Assembly: GCA_016290175.1 (NCBI GenBank)
Contig: JAEETD010000001.1
Coordinates: forward strand, 14,358-78,357
Direction of reading: 5' to 3'
DNA length: 64,000 nt
Source: Prevotella sp.
Lineage (GTDB): Bacteria > Bacteroidota > Bacteroidia > Bacteroidales > Bacteroidaceae
Positions 20,272 to 29,063 of this stretch are shown piece after piece. Below the pieces are notes generated by a model that searched no databases, was not told the origin of the DNA, and saw only the letters and a list, made by a program, of their open reading frames with translations. How positions within the stretch are numbered: position 1 is the first letter of the stretch; each line of letters starts with the position of its first letter. The position numbers and the translations under genes are program-made.

Positions 20272-22794
20272 ATGGATCAAACATTCGACAACGACAGAAT
20301 TATCAAAATCAACATCGAGGAAGAGATGAAATCCAGCTACATCGACTACTCCATGTCAGTCATCGTAGCCCGTGCCCTTCCCGATGTGCGCGACGGCTTC
20401 AAGCCCGTACACCGTCGTATCCTCTACGGTATGATGAACATCAACAACGTCAGCACACAACCTTATAAGAAATGTGCGCGCGTGGTAGGTGAGGTGCTCG
20501 GTAAGTACCATCCTCATGGCGACTCTTCAGTCTATGGTGCCCTCGTTCGTATGGCACAGGACTGGAACATGCGCTACACCCTTGTCGACGGACAGGGTAA
20601 CTTCGGTTCCGTCGACGGTGACTCACCCGCTGCCATGCGATACACAGAGTGCCGACTCTCGAAGATGGGAGAGCACATCATGGACGACCTCGACAAGGAG
20701 ACCGTCGACATGGCGCCCAACTTCGACGACTCGCTCGAAGAGCCTACCGTCATGCCTACCAAGGTGCCAAACCTCTTGGTGAACGGTGGTAACGGTATTG
20801 CTGTCGGTATGGCTACCAACATGCCTACCCACAACCTGGGTGAGGTCATCGACGGCTGCTGTGCCTATATCGACAACCCCGACATCGACACCGATGGCCT
20901 GATGCAGTACATCCCGGGTCCCGACTTCCCCACAGGAGCCTATATCTATGGACTCTCGGGCGTGCGCGATGCCTATGAGACTGGTCGTGGCCGTATCGTG
21001 ATGCGTGCCAAGGCAGAGATCGAGGCAGGAGAGGCTCACGACAAGATCGTCGTCACCGAGATTCCTTACGGTGTCAACAAGGCCGACCTCGTGGCCTATA
21101 TCGCCGACCTCGCCAACCAGCACAAGATTGAGGGTGTGGCCAATGTCAACGATGAGTCAGGCCGTCAGGGTATGCGTATCGTGGTCGACTGCAAGCGCGA
21201 CTGCAATGCCAACGTGCTGCTCAACAAGCTCTTTAAGATGACTGCCCTGCAGAGCTCGTTCTCTGTCAACAATATCGCCCTGGTCAAGGGCCGTCCCCGT
21301 CTGCTCTCCCTGAAGGAGTGCGTGAAATATTTCGTGGAGCACCGTCATGATGTGACCATCCGTCGCACCAAGTACGACCTGCGCAAGGCCCAGGAGCGTG
21401 CCCACATCCTCGAGGGCTTGATCATCGCCGTCAACAATATCGACGAGGTGGTACACATTATCCGTAACAGTAAGACCCCGACCGATGCCCAGCGCAATCT
21501 GGAAGCCCGCTTCGAACTCGACGAGCTCCAGTCGAAGGCCATCGTCGATATGCGTCTCTCTCAGCTCACAGGCCTGCGTGTCGACCAGCTCCATCAGGAG
21601 TTCGACGACCTGCAGAAGCTCATTGCTGAGTTGCAGGAGATCCTCGACAATCCCGAGCGTTGTAAGGAAGTGATGAAGAACGACCTGCTCGAGGTGAAGG
21701 AGAAGTATGGCGACGAGCGTCGTACGGAGATCATCCCCTTCGACCATGAGTTCAATGCCGAGGACTTCTATCCCGACGATCCTGTGGTCATCACCATCAG
21801 CCACATGGGCTATATCAAGCGCACCAAGCTCGACGAGTTCCACGAGCAGGGACGCGGTGGAGTAGGAGCGAAGGCTGCCCGTCATCGCGACAACGATTTC
21901 ACCGAGTATATCTATCCCGCCACGATGCACAACACGCTGCTTTTCTTCACGCAGAAGGGCCGCTGCTACTGGCAGAAGTGCTACGAGATCCCCGAGGGCG
22001 ACAAGAACTCGAAGGGCCGTGCCATCCAGAACATGCTCAATATCGAGCCCGACGACTCCATCAATGCCGTGCTGCGCATCAAGAACTTCAACGACGAGGA
22101 GTTCATGCAGTCACACTATGTGGTGTTCGCCACCAAGCAGGGTATCATCAAGAAGACCCGCCTCGATGCCTATAAGAACGTGCGTGCTGCTGGTGTCATC
22201 GCCATCAATATCAACGAGGGCGACGAGGTGGTAGGCGTCCGCCTGACCAACGGCCACAACGAACTGCTGATGGCCAACCGCAACGGACGTGCCGTTCGCT
22301 TCGACGAGAACGATGTCCGCACCATGGGCCGTGTGGCTACGGGTGTGATCGGTATGCGTCTCGACGGCGACGACGACGAGGTGGTAGGCATGGTCTGCGT
22401 CAACGATCCCAACGAGGAGACCATCATGGTCGTTTCTGAGAACGGCTATGGCAAGCGCTCCGAGGTGGAGGACTATCGTAAGACCGCCCGCGGTGCCAAG
22501 GGTGTGAAGACCCTCGCCATCACCGAGAAGACAGGTCGTCTGGTAGCCATCAAGGTGGTCACCGACGAGAACGACCTCATGATCATCAACAAGTCGGGCA
22601 TCCTCATCCGTCTGAAGGTGGCCGATGTGCGTGTCATGGGCCGTGCCACCCAGGGTGTGCGTCTCATCAACCTCGCCAAGAAGAACGATACCATCGCCAG
22701 CGTCTGCAAGGTGATGCACTCTCAGGCTGAGGAAGAGGACATCGAGGAGGCTGAGATCACCGATGAGGCCGCAGGGCCGCAGAAGGAGGATTAA
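20272..22794 (+). CDS. gyrA: DNA gyrase subunit A
   Basis: [24 protein letters not shown], GyrA-box QGRGGVG. Confidence 0.98.
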   Translation: MDQTFDNDRIIKINIEEEMKSSYIDYSMSVIVARALPDVRDGFKPVHRRILYGMMNINNVSTQPYKKCARVVGEVLGKYHPHGDSSVYGALVRMAQDWNMRYTLVDGQGNFGSVDGDSPAAMRYTECRLSKMGEHIMDDLDKETVDMAPNFDDSLEEPTVMPTKVPNLLVNGGNGIAVGMATNMPTHNLGEVIDGCCAYIDNPDIDTDGLMQYIPGPDFPTGAYIYGLSGVRDAYETGRGRIVMRAKAEIEAGEAHDKIVVTEIPYGVNKADLVAYIADLANQHKIEGVANVNDESGRQGMRIVVDCKRDCNANVLLNKLFKMTALQSSFSVNNIALVKGRPRLLSLKECVKYFVEHRHDVTIRRTKYDLRKAQERAHILEGLIIAVNNIDEVVHIIRNSKTPTDAQRNLEARFELDELQSKAIVDMRLSQLTGLRVDQLHQEFDDLQKLIAELQEILDNPERCKEVMKNDLLEVKEKYGDERRTEIIPFDHEFNAEDFYPDDPVVITISHMGYIKRTKLDEFHEQGRGGVGAKAARHRDNDFTEYIYPATMHNTLLFFTQKGRCYWQKCYEIPEGDKNSKGRAIQNMLNIEPDDSINAVLRIKNFNDEEFMQSHYVVFATKQGIIKKTRLDAYKNVRAAGVIAININEGDEVVGVRLTNGHNELLMANRNGRAVRFDENDVRTMGRVATGVIGMRLDGDDDEVVGMVCVNDPNEETIMVVSENGYGKRSEVEDYRKTARGAKGVKTLAITEKTGRLVAIKVVTDENDLMIINKSGILIRLKVADVRVMGRATQGVRLINLAKKNDTIASVCKVMHSQAEEEDIEEAEITDEAAGPQKED

Positions 22795-22879
22795 ACCCCT
22801 GATTTCACCAAACGTCAAATAACCGATTCGACAACGAATTAAAAAGTATATTAGTAAATAATTAAATTTGAAAAGGCTT

Positions 22880-24118
22880 ATGAAAAAATTAATGATGATG
22901 GCAATGATGCTGGTGGCCAGCGCTACCGCATTTGCCGGTGACAGCGACGCTTTGAAGGCTATCCTCAAGGCAAAGGACTATGCAGAGGCTCAGTCTCTGA
23001 TCAGCAGCTCTCTCGCACAGCTTACTGACGCTAGTGAGAAGGCAAGGGCCTACAACAAACTGGTAGACCTGGCTTACGAGAAGTTCCAGAAGGAAGACAA
23101 TATCAGAACCACCAATATGGTGATGAAGAAGAACGACCCCGTGGATGTCGAGGGTATGGTTGCTGCAGGTAAGGTGGCTCTCGAGGCTGCTATGGAGTGC
23201 GACAAGTACGACCAGCAGCCCAACGACAAGGGCAAGGTGGCCGTCAAGTTCCGTCAGAAGAACCAGGACCGTCTGAAGGCGCTCCGTCTGAGCATTCTCC
23301 AGCAGGGTATCGAACTGGCCAACAACGAAAAGAACAAGGAGTCGTTCGAGAACTTCGACATCTACCTCACCAGCGCCAAGTCTGCTTTCTACGAGGGTGT
23401 TGAGGGTGTTGCCAAGAACGACCCCAACCTGGGTGTGGCTGCCTTCTACGGAGGCCGTGCTGCCTATAACCTGGAGAAGTTCGACAAGGCCATCGAGTAC
23501 TTCAAGATCGGTGTGGCCGATACCGCCAAGCAGATCCACGACCTCAGCTTCGACTTCCTGCTCTACACCATGCGTAACAAGCAGAAGACCGCTGCCGACT
23601 CTGCCCAGTACATCAAGGACATGCTCGAGCTCTATCAGCAGTTTCCCGATGCAGAGCAGATCTATAGCTCTCTCTCTGATGCATATATCACTCAGGGTAT
23701 GAATGCCGAGGTGATCAAGCTCGCTGAGGAGCGCATGGCCAAGTATCCCGACTCTTCTCTGCCTCATGTCTACAAGGCATTCCTGCTGATGCAGGACAAG
23801 AAGTACGACGATGCCATTGCTGAGTTCGCCAAGGTCAAGGAGGACAATTCGCCTGTATTCCTGAACAGTATCTTCAACAGCGCTGTCTGCAAGTACAACA
23901 AGGCTTCCGAGTTCAACGAGGCTAACTCTGACATCCGTACCGGTCGTCTGAAGCCCGCCGATCACGACAAGTTCATGAACATGCTGAAGGACGCCCAGGC
24001 CGACTTCGAGAAGGCCAAGGAGCTCGATCCCGAGCAGAAGACCGTGAAGTGGCAGTATCTGCTTCACAATGTCTACACCCTGACCGGTCAGAAGGAAAAG
24101 GCTGCCGCTCTCGAGTAA
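22880..24118 (+). CDS. Secreted TPR-repeat protein
   Basis: Signal peptide (ATAFA); TPR-like helices (FDKAIEYFK, YDDAIAEF, FEKAKELDP). Confidence 0.8.
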   Translation: MKKLMMMAMMLVASATAFAGDSDALKAILKAKDYAEAQSLISSSLAQLTDASEKARAYNKLVDLAYEKFQKEDNIRTTNMVMKKNDPVDVEGMVAAGKVALEAAMECDKYDQQPNDKGKVAVKFRQKNQDRLKALRLSILQQGIELANNEKNKESFENFDIYLTSAKSAFYEGVEGVAKNDPNLGVAAFYGGRAAYNLEKFDKAIEYFKIGVADTAKQIHDLSFDFLLYTMRNKQKTAADSAQYIKDMLELYQQFPDAEQIYSSLSDAYITQGMNAEVIKLAEERMAKYPDSSLPHVYKAFLLMQDKKYDDAIAEFAKVKEDNSPVFLNSIFNSAVCKYNKASEFNEANSDIRTGRLKPADHDKFMNMLKDAQADFEKAKELDPEQKTVKWQYLLHNVYTLTGQKEKAAALE

Positions 24119-24161
24119 TCAGCACACATCCTAGATCTGTTTTTTTTAGATACAGATTTTT

Positions 24162-24212
24162 AGAGGGATAGATTTTTTTGTCGGAAAAAGACGAAAAAAA
24201 ATCTATCCCTCT
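24162..24212. terminator. Long hairpin (bidirectional terminator) between convergent genes
   Basis: agagggatagattttttt...aaaaaaatctatccctct. Confidence 0.75.
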
Positions 24213-24245
24213 TCTATTTACCTCGGTCGTCAAGACCGAAACAGC

Positions 24246-25247
24246 CTAGTCATTAATCAGGTCGTCGCCACCGTCGCCGCCGCCTCCGGGAGTATCACCG
24301 CCACCGGGTGTTTCACCACCGCCTGGCGTGTCACCTCCGCCTGGGGTCTCACCTCCGCCGGGAGTATCTCCGCCTGGCGTATCGCCTCCTTCGCCAGAGC
24401 CTGACCCTCCTTCTCCTTCTCCGGAGCCTGAGCCGCCGGGTGTCTCGCCGCCCTCGCCTTCGCCAGACCCACTGCCGCCGGGCGTCTCGGTTCCGGTTCC
24501 GGTCTGATTACCCTGATTATTCTGATTCTCGGTGCTGGTGCCGCCGCCCTGTTTGCGGTCGAGCATATCCTGATATATCTTTATCGTTCCGTTCCACGTC
24601 TTGATGAATGCCTCGTAGCTTGCGGGGTCGTCGGCGAAGAGCGATGCACCCTCGATGATGGCGCAGAGCTCGTCGTACAGGCGGTCGCACTCCTGTCGCG
24701 CGCTGGCCAGCGCGCCCATCACCTTCTCGCTCATTTCAGCACCTTCCAGCAGACGGAGCGACTTCACGTCCTCCTGCCCGGCCACCATCTCGTTGAAGAA
24801 GTACATGCCGTTGATCGTCCCCAGGTGCTGCTGCATCTCCGTGGTCGAGAGGTCGGTGATGAGGTTTTCCATCTGTCCCGTCTCCTCGTCGATCTGCGCG
24901 GATACCTTTACCTTGTAGAGGTTGAACACCTTGAGCAGCGCGGTGGCAGCGGCGTCGAGCTGTGCCATGCCGGAGCCGGCCCAGGCCTGAACGAGGCGGT
25001 GCAGGCGCGAGTAGAACGTGTCGCGCCGCAGGTCGGCGGCCGTGCGCTGGGCCACGATCTCGCTGGCGCGGAATTGCATGTAGTAGCGGTCCTCGTTGGC
25101 GAATGCTGCCACAATGGCAGCCAGTGCCGTCACGATGCGCTGGGCTGTGAAGCCGGCGGCGGTGGCCGCCGTGATGTAGGCTTGGATGAACGCGAAGTGC
25201 TGCGCATTCGTCAGGTCACGCTTGTAAAGTCTGTTGAATTTTCCCAT
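24246..25247 (-). CDS. DUF6261/HagB-like alpha-helical protein with Gly/Pro/acidic repeat tail
   Basis: LTNAQHFAF, ADLRRDTFY, EETGQMENLITDL, ARQECDRLYDEL, FIKTWNGTI resemble DUF6261 from memory; GC-rich codon usage; no signal peptide. Confidence 0.7.
   Translation of the reverse strand: MGKFNRLYKRDLTNAQHFAFIQAYITAATAAGFTAQRIVTALAAIVAAFANEDRYYMQFRASEIVAQRTAADLRRDTFYSRLHRLVQAWAGSGMAQLDAAATALLKVFNLYKVKVSAQIDEETGQMENLITDLSTTEMQQHLGTINGMYFFNEMVAGQEDVKSLRLLEGAEMSEKVMGALASARQECDRLYDELCAIIEGASLFADDPASYEAFIKTWNGTIKIYQDMLDRKQGGGTSTENQNNQGNQTGTGTETPGGSGSGEGEGGETPGGSGSGEGEGGSGSGEGGDTPGGDTPGGGETPGGGDTPGGGETPGGGDTPGGGGDGGDDLIND
24270..24495 (-). repeat. Coding tandem repeats GGG(D/E)TP and GGSGSGEGE
   Basis: 15-18-bp units in the 3' end of the DUF6261-like gene. 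Confidence 0.9.
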
Positions 25248-25288
25248 AATTTGTAATTTTAGTTTTGTTATTGAATAATTTCTGATGG

Positions 25289-25508
25289 TTCCCGGCGCGC
25301 GGGAAGCCTTTTTTCCTTAAAAACCGTCTCCCGGCGTGCGGGAAGTCATTTTTCGCTTTGAAAATCGTTTCCCGGCGCGCGGGAAGTCATTTTTCGATTT
25401 AAAAACCGTTTCCCGACGCGCGGGAAGTCGTTTTTCGTCTTAAAAACCGTTTCCCGACGCCCGGGAAGTCGTTTTTTGCTTTAAATCTCGTTTCCCGACG
25501 CTCGGGAA
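25289..25508. repeat. Tandem array of six palindromic units, period 41 bp (first interval 39), core TTCCCG-N5-CGGGAA
   Basis: GGGAA at 25301, 25340, 25381, 25422, 25463, 25504; consensus aaaaaccgtTTCCCGrcgcgCGGGAAgtcrtttttcgnyt. Confidence 0.95.
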
Positions 25509-25515
25509 AAGATTG

Positions 25516-25563
25516 AAAAAGGAGGGCGGTGCCGTCCGCCGTGGCGTTGGGCGCCGCCCTCCT
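25516..25563 (-). terminator. GC-rich intrinsic terminator downstream of the lipoprotein gene
   Basis: aggagggcgg...ccgccctcct stem, followed by TTTTT on the minus strand. Confidence 0.7.
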
Positions 25564-25564
25564 G

Positions 25565-25658
25565 AGTCCTGGGGACTGGCTCCTGTGGCACAGCCCAGGT
25601 GCCTGTCCCCGGGACTAGGATGTGACTGTCACAAAGTATCCAGACCCCGCTGTGACAG
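25565..25658. repeat. Two further inverted repeats (REP-like or cruciform)
   Basis: agtcctggggactggctcctg...caggtgcctgtccccgggact (25565-25616) and ctgtcaca-N17-tgtgacag (25626-25658). Confidence 0.7.
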
Positions 25659-25659
25659 G

Positions 25660-27108
25660 TCAGAATGCGAGGCAGGCACGAACGCCGCATAAGCCGTCCT
25701 TCGAGCCATAGGTGAAGTAGGCACCGCTAGTGTGGTTGATAAAGTTCGGAGTCCTCACTTTGTTAATATTTATCTCCGTATTCGACCAATAGCTGGCCGT
25801 CAAGTCACTTGCTCCTGCGGCAGTGAGATAAGCTGTCAGACCGTCGTAGTTCATATATTTGCTGGGTTCTGCTTCTGCAGTACCGGTGGCTCCACAGCCG
25901 ATGAGCATGTACTGCCAGTCTATGATAGTAGGCAGGCGCCATGTTCCGCCTGTGATGGGCTTACTAGTGTTCCATGCGTTGCACCATTCGGCTGCGGTCT
26001 TGCCGCCGTTATTGCTACCTGAATTGTCCCAGCTCAGCGAACTGCTGCTCACATTCTCCAGCGCGATGGCCAGGCCGTTGGTGCAGCCGCTCTCCGAGCC
26101 CATGTAGGCCACCATGGCCACGGCGGTCACGCCGCTGGGCAGGTTGTCCTTGTCGGCGGCTGCGTATGCCAGACCGTCGCTACCGACGATATCGCCGACT
26201 ACTGCCGATGTAAGTGTATGGCCAACAACCTGCTTCGTCATCGTCAGCGTGCCGGCGTAATACGAGCCAGCTGCGAAACTATAACCCGTCTTGGTGGCGA
26301 TGTAAGTGTCGGAGCCGACGGTGGCGGTGTAGGTAATCGTTAACGCAGCGAGTGAAGGCGGCGTTGTACTTAAAGCTGTTGCGACGTCACTAGCATTTGG
26401 CAGTGCGCAGTAGAAAATGCCATCGCCATTGGCTGTATAGGTCGCAGCCGATGGAGTGAAAGTGTACTCATTAAGAGTCATTGCCCCTGCCGACATAGTC
26501 ATCTTCAACGATGTTGGATTGATTGTGGTTGTTCCGTCGGTGGTGAGCGTGAGTTTCAGTATGGCCGTATAGGTTGTGAAAGTGGCTGAAGCCTTTGTGG
26601 TGATGTCTGTCCCGCTGATAGCATCGACCTCAACGATAGCCGTGGCACAGTCTAAGGCAGATGCGCTTTCCAACGTTCCTGTCTGAGCCGCAAAAGCAGC
26701 GACACTGAAGGCGCTGGGGTGATAGACCAGCATCAGCTTGTCACCAGCTGCTGCTCCCGAGATAGTTCCCCTAAACGTTGCTGCATCGCCGTCTGCAGAT
26801 ATCGTGCCTGCGACAGGGCTGATGGTTCCTAACAGATTAGCGGGGATGCATTCACTGCGACTTGCTGCCTTAAAGACAGACAACACATCTGTTGTCTCCC
26901 ATTTGGCCACGAGTTTCGAACCGTCGAGTTCGAGCGCGCGGGTAGCGGCGCCGCCTTTCGAGGCGTTGATGGTGAGTGTATATACTTTCTCGCCAGCGGG
27001 GTTGGCGTTCTGCTCAATGATGCTGTCATCGCTTGAGCATGCTGCGAAGGCGGCTCCTGCCATCAGCAGGGCGGCCAGGGTGCGGATGTTGCTAAAATAC
27101 TTTTTCAT
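25660..27108 (-). CDS. Fimbrillin/type V pilin-like lipoprotein with C-terminal CLec (DUF1566-like) domain
   Basis: Lipobox FAAC-SSDD; ATRA maturation-like site; C-terminal WRLPT, YWSNTE...VRACLAF*. Alternative start at 27123. Confidence 0.75.
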   Translation of the reverse strand: MKKYFSNIRTLAALLMAGAAFAACSSDDSIIEQNANPAGEKVYTLTINASKGGAATRALELDGSKLVAKWETTDVLSVFKAASRSECIPANLLGTISPVAGTISADGDAATFRGTISGAAAGDKLMLVYHPSAFSVAAFAAQTGTLESASALDCATAIVEVDAISGTDITTKASATFTTYTAILKLTLTTDGTTTINPTSLKMTMSAGAMTLNEYTFTPSAATYTANGDGIFYCALPNASDVATALSTTPPSLAALTITYTATVGSDTYIATKTGYSFAAGSYYAGTLTMTKQVVGHTLTSAVVGDIVGSDGLAYAAADKDNLPSGVTAVAMVAYMGSESGCTNGLAIALENVSSSSLSWDNSGSNNGGKTAAEWCNAWNTSKPITGGTWRLPTIIDWQYMLIGCGATGTAEAEPSKYMNYDGLTAYLTAAGASDLTASYWSNTEININKVRTPNFINHTSGAYFTYGSKDGLCGVRACLAF

Positions 27109-27126
27109 AATGCGTTCCTCCATTTT

Positions 27127-27261
27127 TTAAAGTCCATAAGGGAGTGGATCACCATACGGGAAATTACGGTCGCCATTAAAGCTGCCGGCCAGGATCTGCG
27201 GCTGTTGTTTCAACTCGAAGACCTCCATCTGGGGCTTCTCATAAAATCTCTTCTGTTTCAT
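27127..27261 (-). CDS. 44-aa peptide, YxKPxM(E)V...ILAGS type
   Basis: MKQKRFYEKPQMEVFELKQQPQILAGSFNGDRNFPYGDPLPYGL; lies between a -7 box (27319-27326) and the lipoprotein gene. Confidence 0.75.
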   Translation of the reverse strand: MKQKRFYEKPQMEVFELKQQPQILAGSFNGDRNFPYGDPLPYGL

Positions 27262-27318
27262 AAGCTTGATTGTTAAAACGTTGATTAATGATAAATAATA
27301 AAAATTGTTATTTGCGCG

Positions 27319-27326
27319 CAAAGATA
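27319..27326 (-). promoter_or_regulatory. -7 box (TATCTTTG) for the peptide-lipoprotein unit
   Basis: TAnnTTTG consensus in an AT-rich region. Confidence 0.65.
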
Positions 27327-27587
27327 CTAAAATCCCCGTTAAAATCAAAAAAAAAAAATAAAGAAAAGTTAATTCCGTAACTTTTCTTTATTTTCTGCCG
27401 TTTTTCCTTCGTTTATTTCAGTCTGTAGAAGACACCCGTCAGTCCTCTGTCAGGTCCATAATAATGAAGTCGATAATTTGGTCTATCATACTAAAACTTA
27501 TTAAATCAAAGGCCAAAGGTACTCATTTTAAGCCAAATATTGGATCCTCTTCGATTGTCGGTAAAACGACGAAACGGGCAAAAGAAA

Positions 27588-27624
27588 TATCCCCGGCTTG
27601 CAGCGGTATGCAAGTCGGGGATTT
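27588..27624 (-). terminator. Hairpin terminator downstream of tRNA-Arg
   Basis: atccccggcttgca...tgcaagtcggggat, then a T-rich tract on the minus strand. Confidence 0.7.
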
Positions 27625-27629
27625 TCAGG

Positions 27630-27703
27630 TGATTCGGTTGGGGCTCGAACCCAAGACCTACTGCTTAGAAGGCAGTTGCTCTATCCAGCTGAGCTACCGA
27701 ACC
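27630..27703 (-). tRNA. tRNA-Arg(TCT)
   Basis: GGTTCGGTAGCTCAGCTGGATAGAGC...CTGCCTTCTAAGCAG...GGTTCGAGCCCCAACCGAATCA; -7 box at 27728-27735. Confidence 0.96.
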
Positions 27704-27781
27704 GGCCTTGCTTTTTATTAGCGGGTGCAAAGGTAGACATTTTTTTGCAAACAGCCAAATAATTCCACAACAATTGTTGTT

Positions 27782-28426
27782 TCATCTCATATATGGGTTG
27801 TATCTTATCTCGTCAGCCATCGTGGTCTGAGGGCCGTGACCCGGGTAAACGGTCGTGTCGGCAGGCAGCTGTTTTGAGAGATACTGGAGTGAGGCCATCA
27901 TTTCCACATAACTGCCACGCTCAAAATCGGTGCGCCCGATGCTCATTCGGAAAAGGGTGTCGCCACTGAAGGCTGCATGTTCCTTGGCATCATAGAAGAC
28001 GATGCTTCCAGGGGTGTGACCGGGGGTGCTGAGGATCTGCCAGGTGTGGGTGCCGAACGTGATGGTGTCGCTGTTAGTCAGATAGGTGTCTGTGGGGGGC
28101 ACGTCAAGATGGACGGGTATGCCAAGAATATCGCTCGTCTGCTGCTCCATCTTTTCCATGAGGAAGCTGTCGTCCTGATGGGCCTTGGGCTTCAGACCGA
28201 AAGCACGGAAGATAAAGCCGTTGCCCATGCAGTGGTCGAAATGGCCGTGGGTGCAAAGCAGATGGCGGGGTGTCAGCTTGTTATCCCTGACATAACCGAT
28301 GATGGCCTGTGCCTCTTCCGGATAGTAAGCGCCACAGTCGATGATGACACAGTCGTTTGTCTCGTCGCTGACAACATAGCAGTTCTCAGAGAGCATATTG
28401 CAGGTGAAGCATTTGATGATGAGCAT
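27782..28426 (-). CDS. MBL-fold metallo-hydrolase (glyoxalase II-like)
   Basis: THGHFDH, TPGHTPGS, FSGDTLF, PGHG. Confidence 0.92.
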   Translation of the reverse strand: MLIIKCFTCNMLSENCYVVSDETNDCVIIDCGAYYPEEAQAIIGYVRDNKLTPRHLLCTHGHFDHCMGNGFIFRAFGLKPKAHQDDSFLMEKMEQQTSDILGIPVHLDVPPTDTYLTNSDTITFGTHTWQILSTPGHTPGSIVFYDAKEHAAFSGDTLFRMSIGRTDFERGSYVEMMASLQYLSKQLPADTTVYPGHGPQTTMADEIRYNPYMR

Positions 28427-28437
28427 AGTCTATTGAT

Positions 28438-29061
28438 TTAGCATGGGAGGTAGATGACATGTTTCTCCTTGAACCACTCCTCCTGGAAGAAACTGCTGAT
28501 CTCTGTGGTCTGGACGATGTTCCTGAAGGGGTGTATCTCTGCCTGCAGGTCGCCGCCTTTGAGGCAGAGGATGCCGTTGGGCAGGGCATTCTGCTGCTTC
28601 TTGGAGATGTTCTTCCTGACAATCCTGACGAGATCGGGCAGCGGCATGACGGCACGGCTCACCACAAAGTCGTAGTGGCCCTTCTCGTCTTCACCACGCA
28701 GGTGCGCAGGCTGACAGTTCTTCAGTCCGATGGCATTACAGACTTCCTGAGCGACACGGATCTTCTTGCCCGTGCCGTCGATGAGTTTGAACTGGCATTC
28801 GGGGAAGAGAATGGCCAGCGGAATGCCAGGGAACCCACCGCCAGTGCCGAAATCGAGAACCGTGGTGCCCGGACGGAAATTGATGACCTTGGCGATGGCC
28901 ATCGAGTGAAGCACGTGGTGCTCATAGAGGTTGTCGATGTCCTTGCGGGAGATGACATTGATCTTGTCGTTCCAGTCACGGTAGAGGGCATCGAGGGCTT
29001 CTATCTGGCTCAGCTGCTGTGGCGTCAGGTCGGGAAAGTATTTGCTGATGAGTGGATGCAT
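28438..29061 (-). CDS. rsmG: 16S rRNA (guanine527-N7)-methyltransferase
   Basis: WNDKINVISRKD, HVLHS, DFGTGGGFPGIPLAI, VSRAV, LKGG. Confidence 0.96.
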   Translation of the reverse strand: MHPLISKYFPDLTPQQLSQIEALDALYRDWNDKINVISRKDIDNLYEHHVLHSMAIAKVINFRPGTTVLDFGTGGGFPGIPLAILFPECQFKLIDGTGKKIRVAQEVCNAIGLKNCQPAHLRGEDEKGHYDFVVSRAVMPLPDLVRIVRKNISKKQQNALPNGILCLKGGDLQAEIHPFRNIVQTTEISSFFQEEWFKEKHVIYLPC

Positions 29062-29063
29062 AA

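Noticed and set aside
22889-24067. 392-aa antisense ORF (likewise 16158-17195, 52856-53824, 22111-22968, 42275-43135)
   Set aside because: These are shadow ORFs opposite well-supported genes, expected from codon bias, and show no recognisable motifs.
24120-24245. attR-like duplicate of the tRNA-Arg 3' end bounding the islet
   Set aside because: No copy of the tRNA 3' sequence was found by eye; only a terminator hairpin is present.
25289-25508. CRISPR array interpretation of the 41-bp repeats
   Set aside because: The sequence between the palindromic cores is itself conserved (no unique spacers), the period is too short, and there are no cas genes in the window.
25481-25690. 69-aa ORF across the hairpin cluster
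   Set aside because: It overlaps the lipoprotein 3' end and the structured repeats, and has no protein-like features.
24246-27629. Complete DGR, prophage or IS in the window
   Set aside because: No reverse transcriptase, template repeat, integrase, transposase or phage structural gene was detected.
27464-27721. 85-aa plus-strand ORF
   Set aside because: It overlaps tRNA-Arg antisense and its terminator, so it is spurious.
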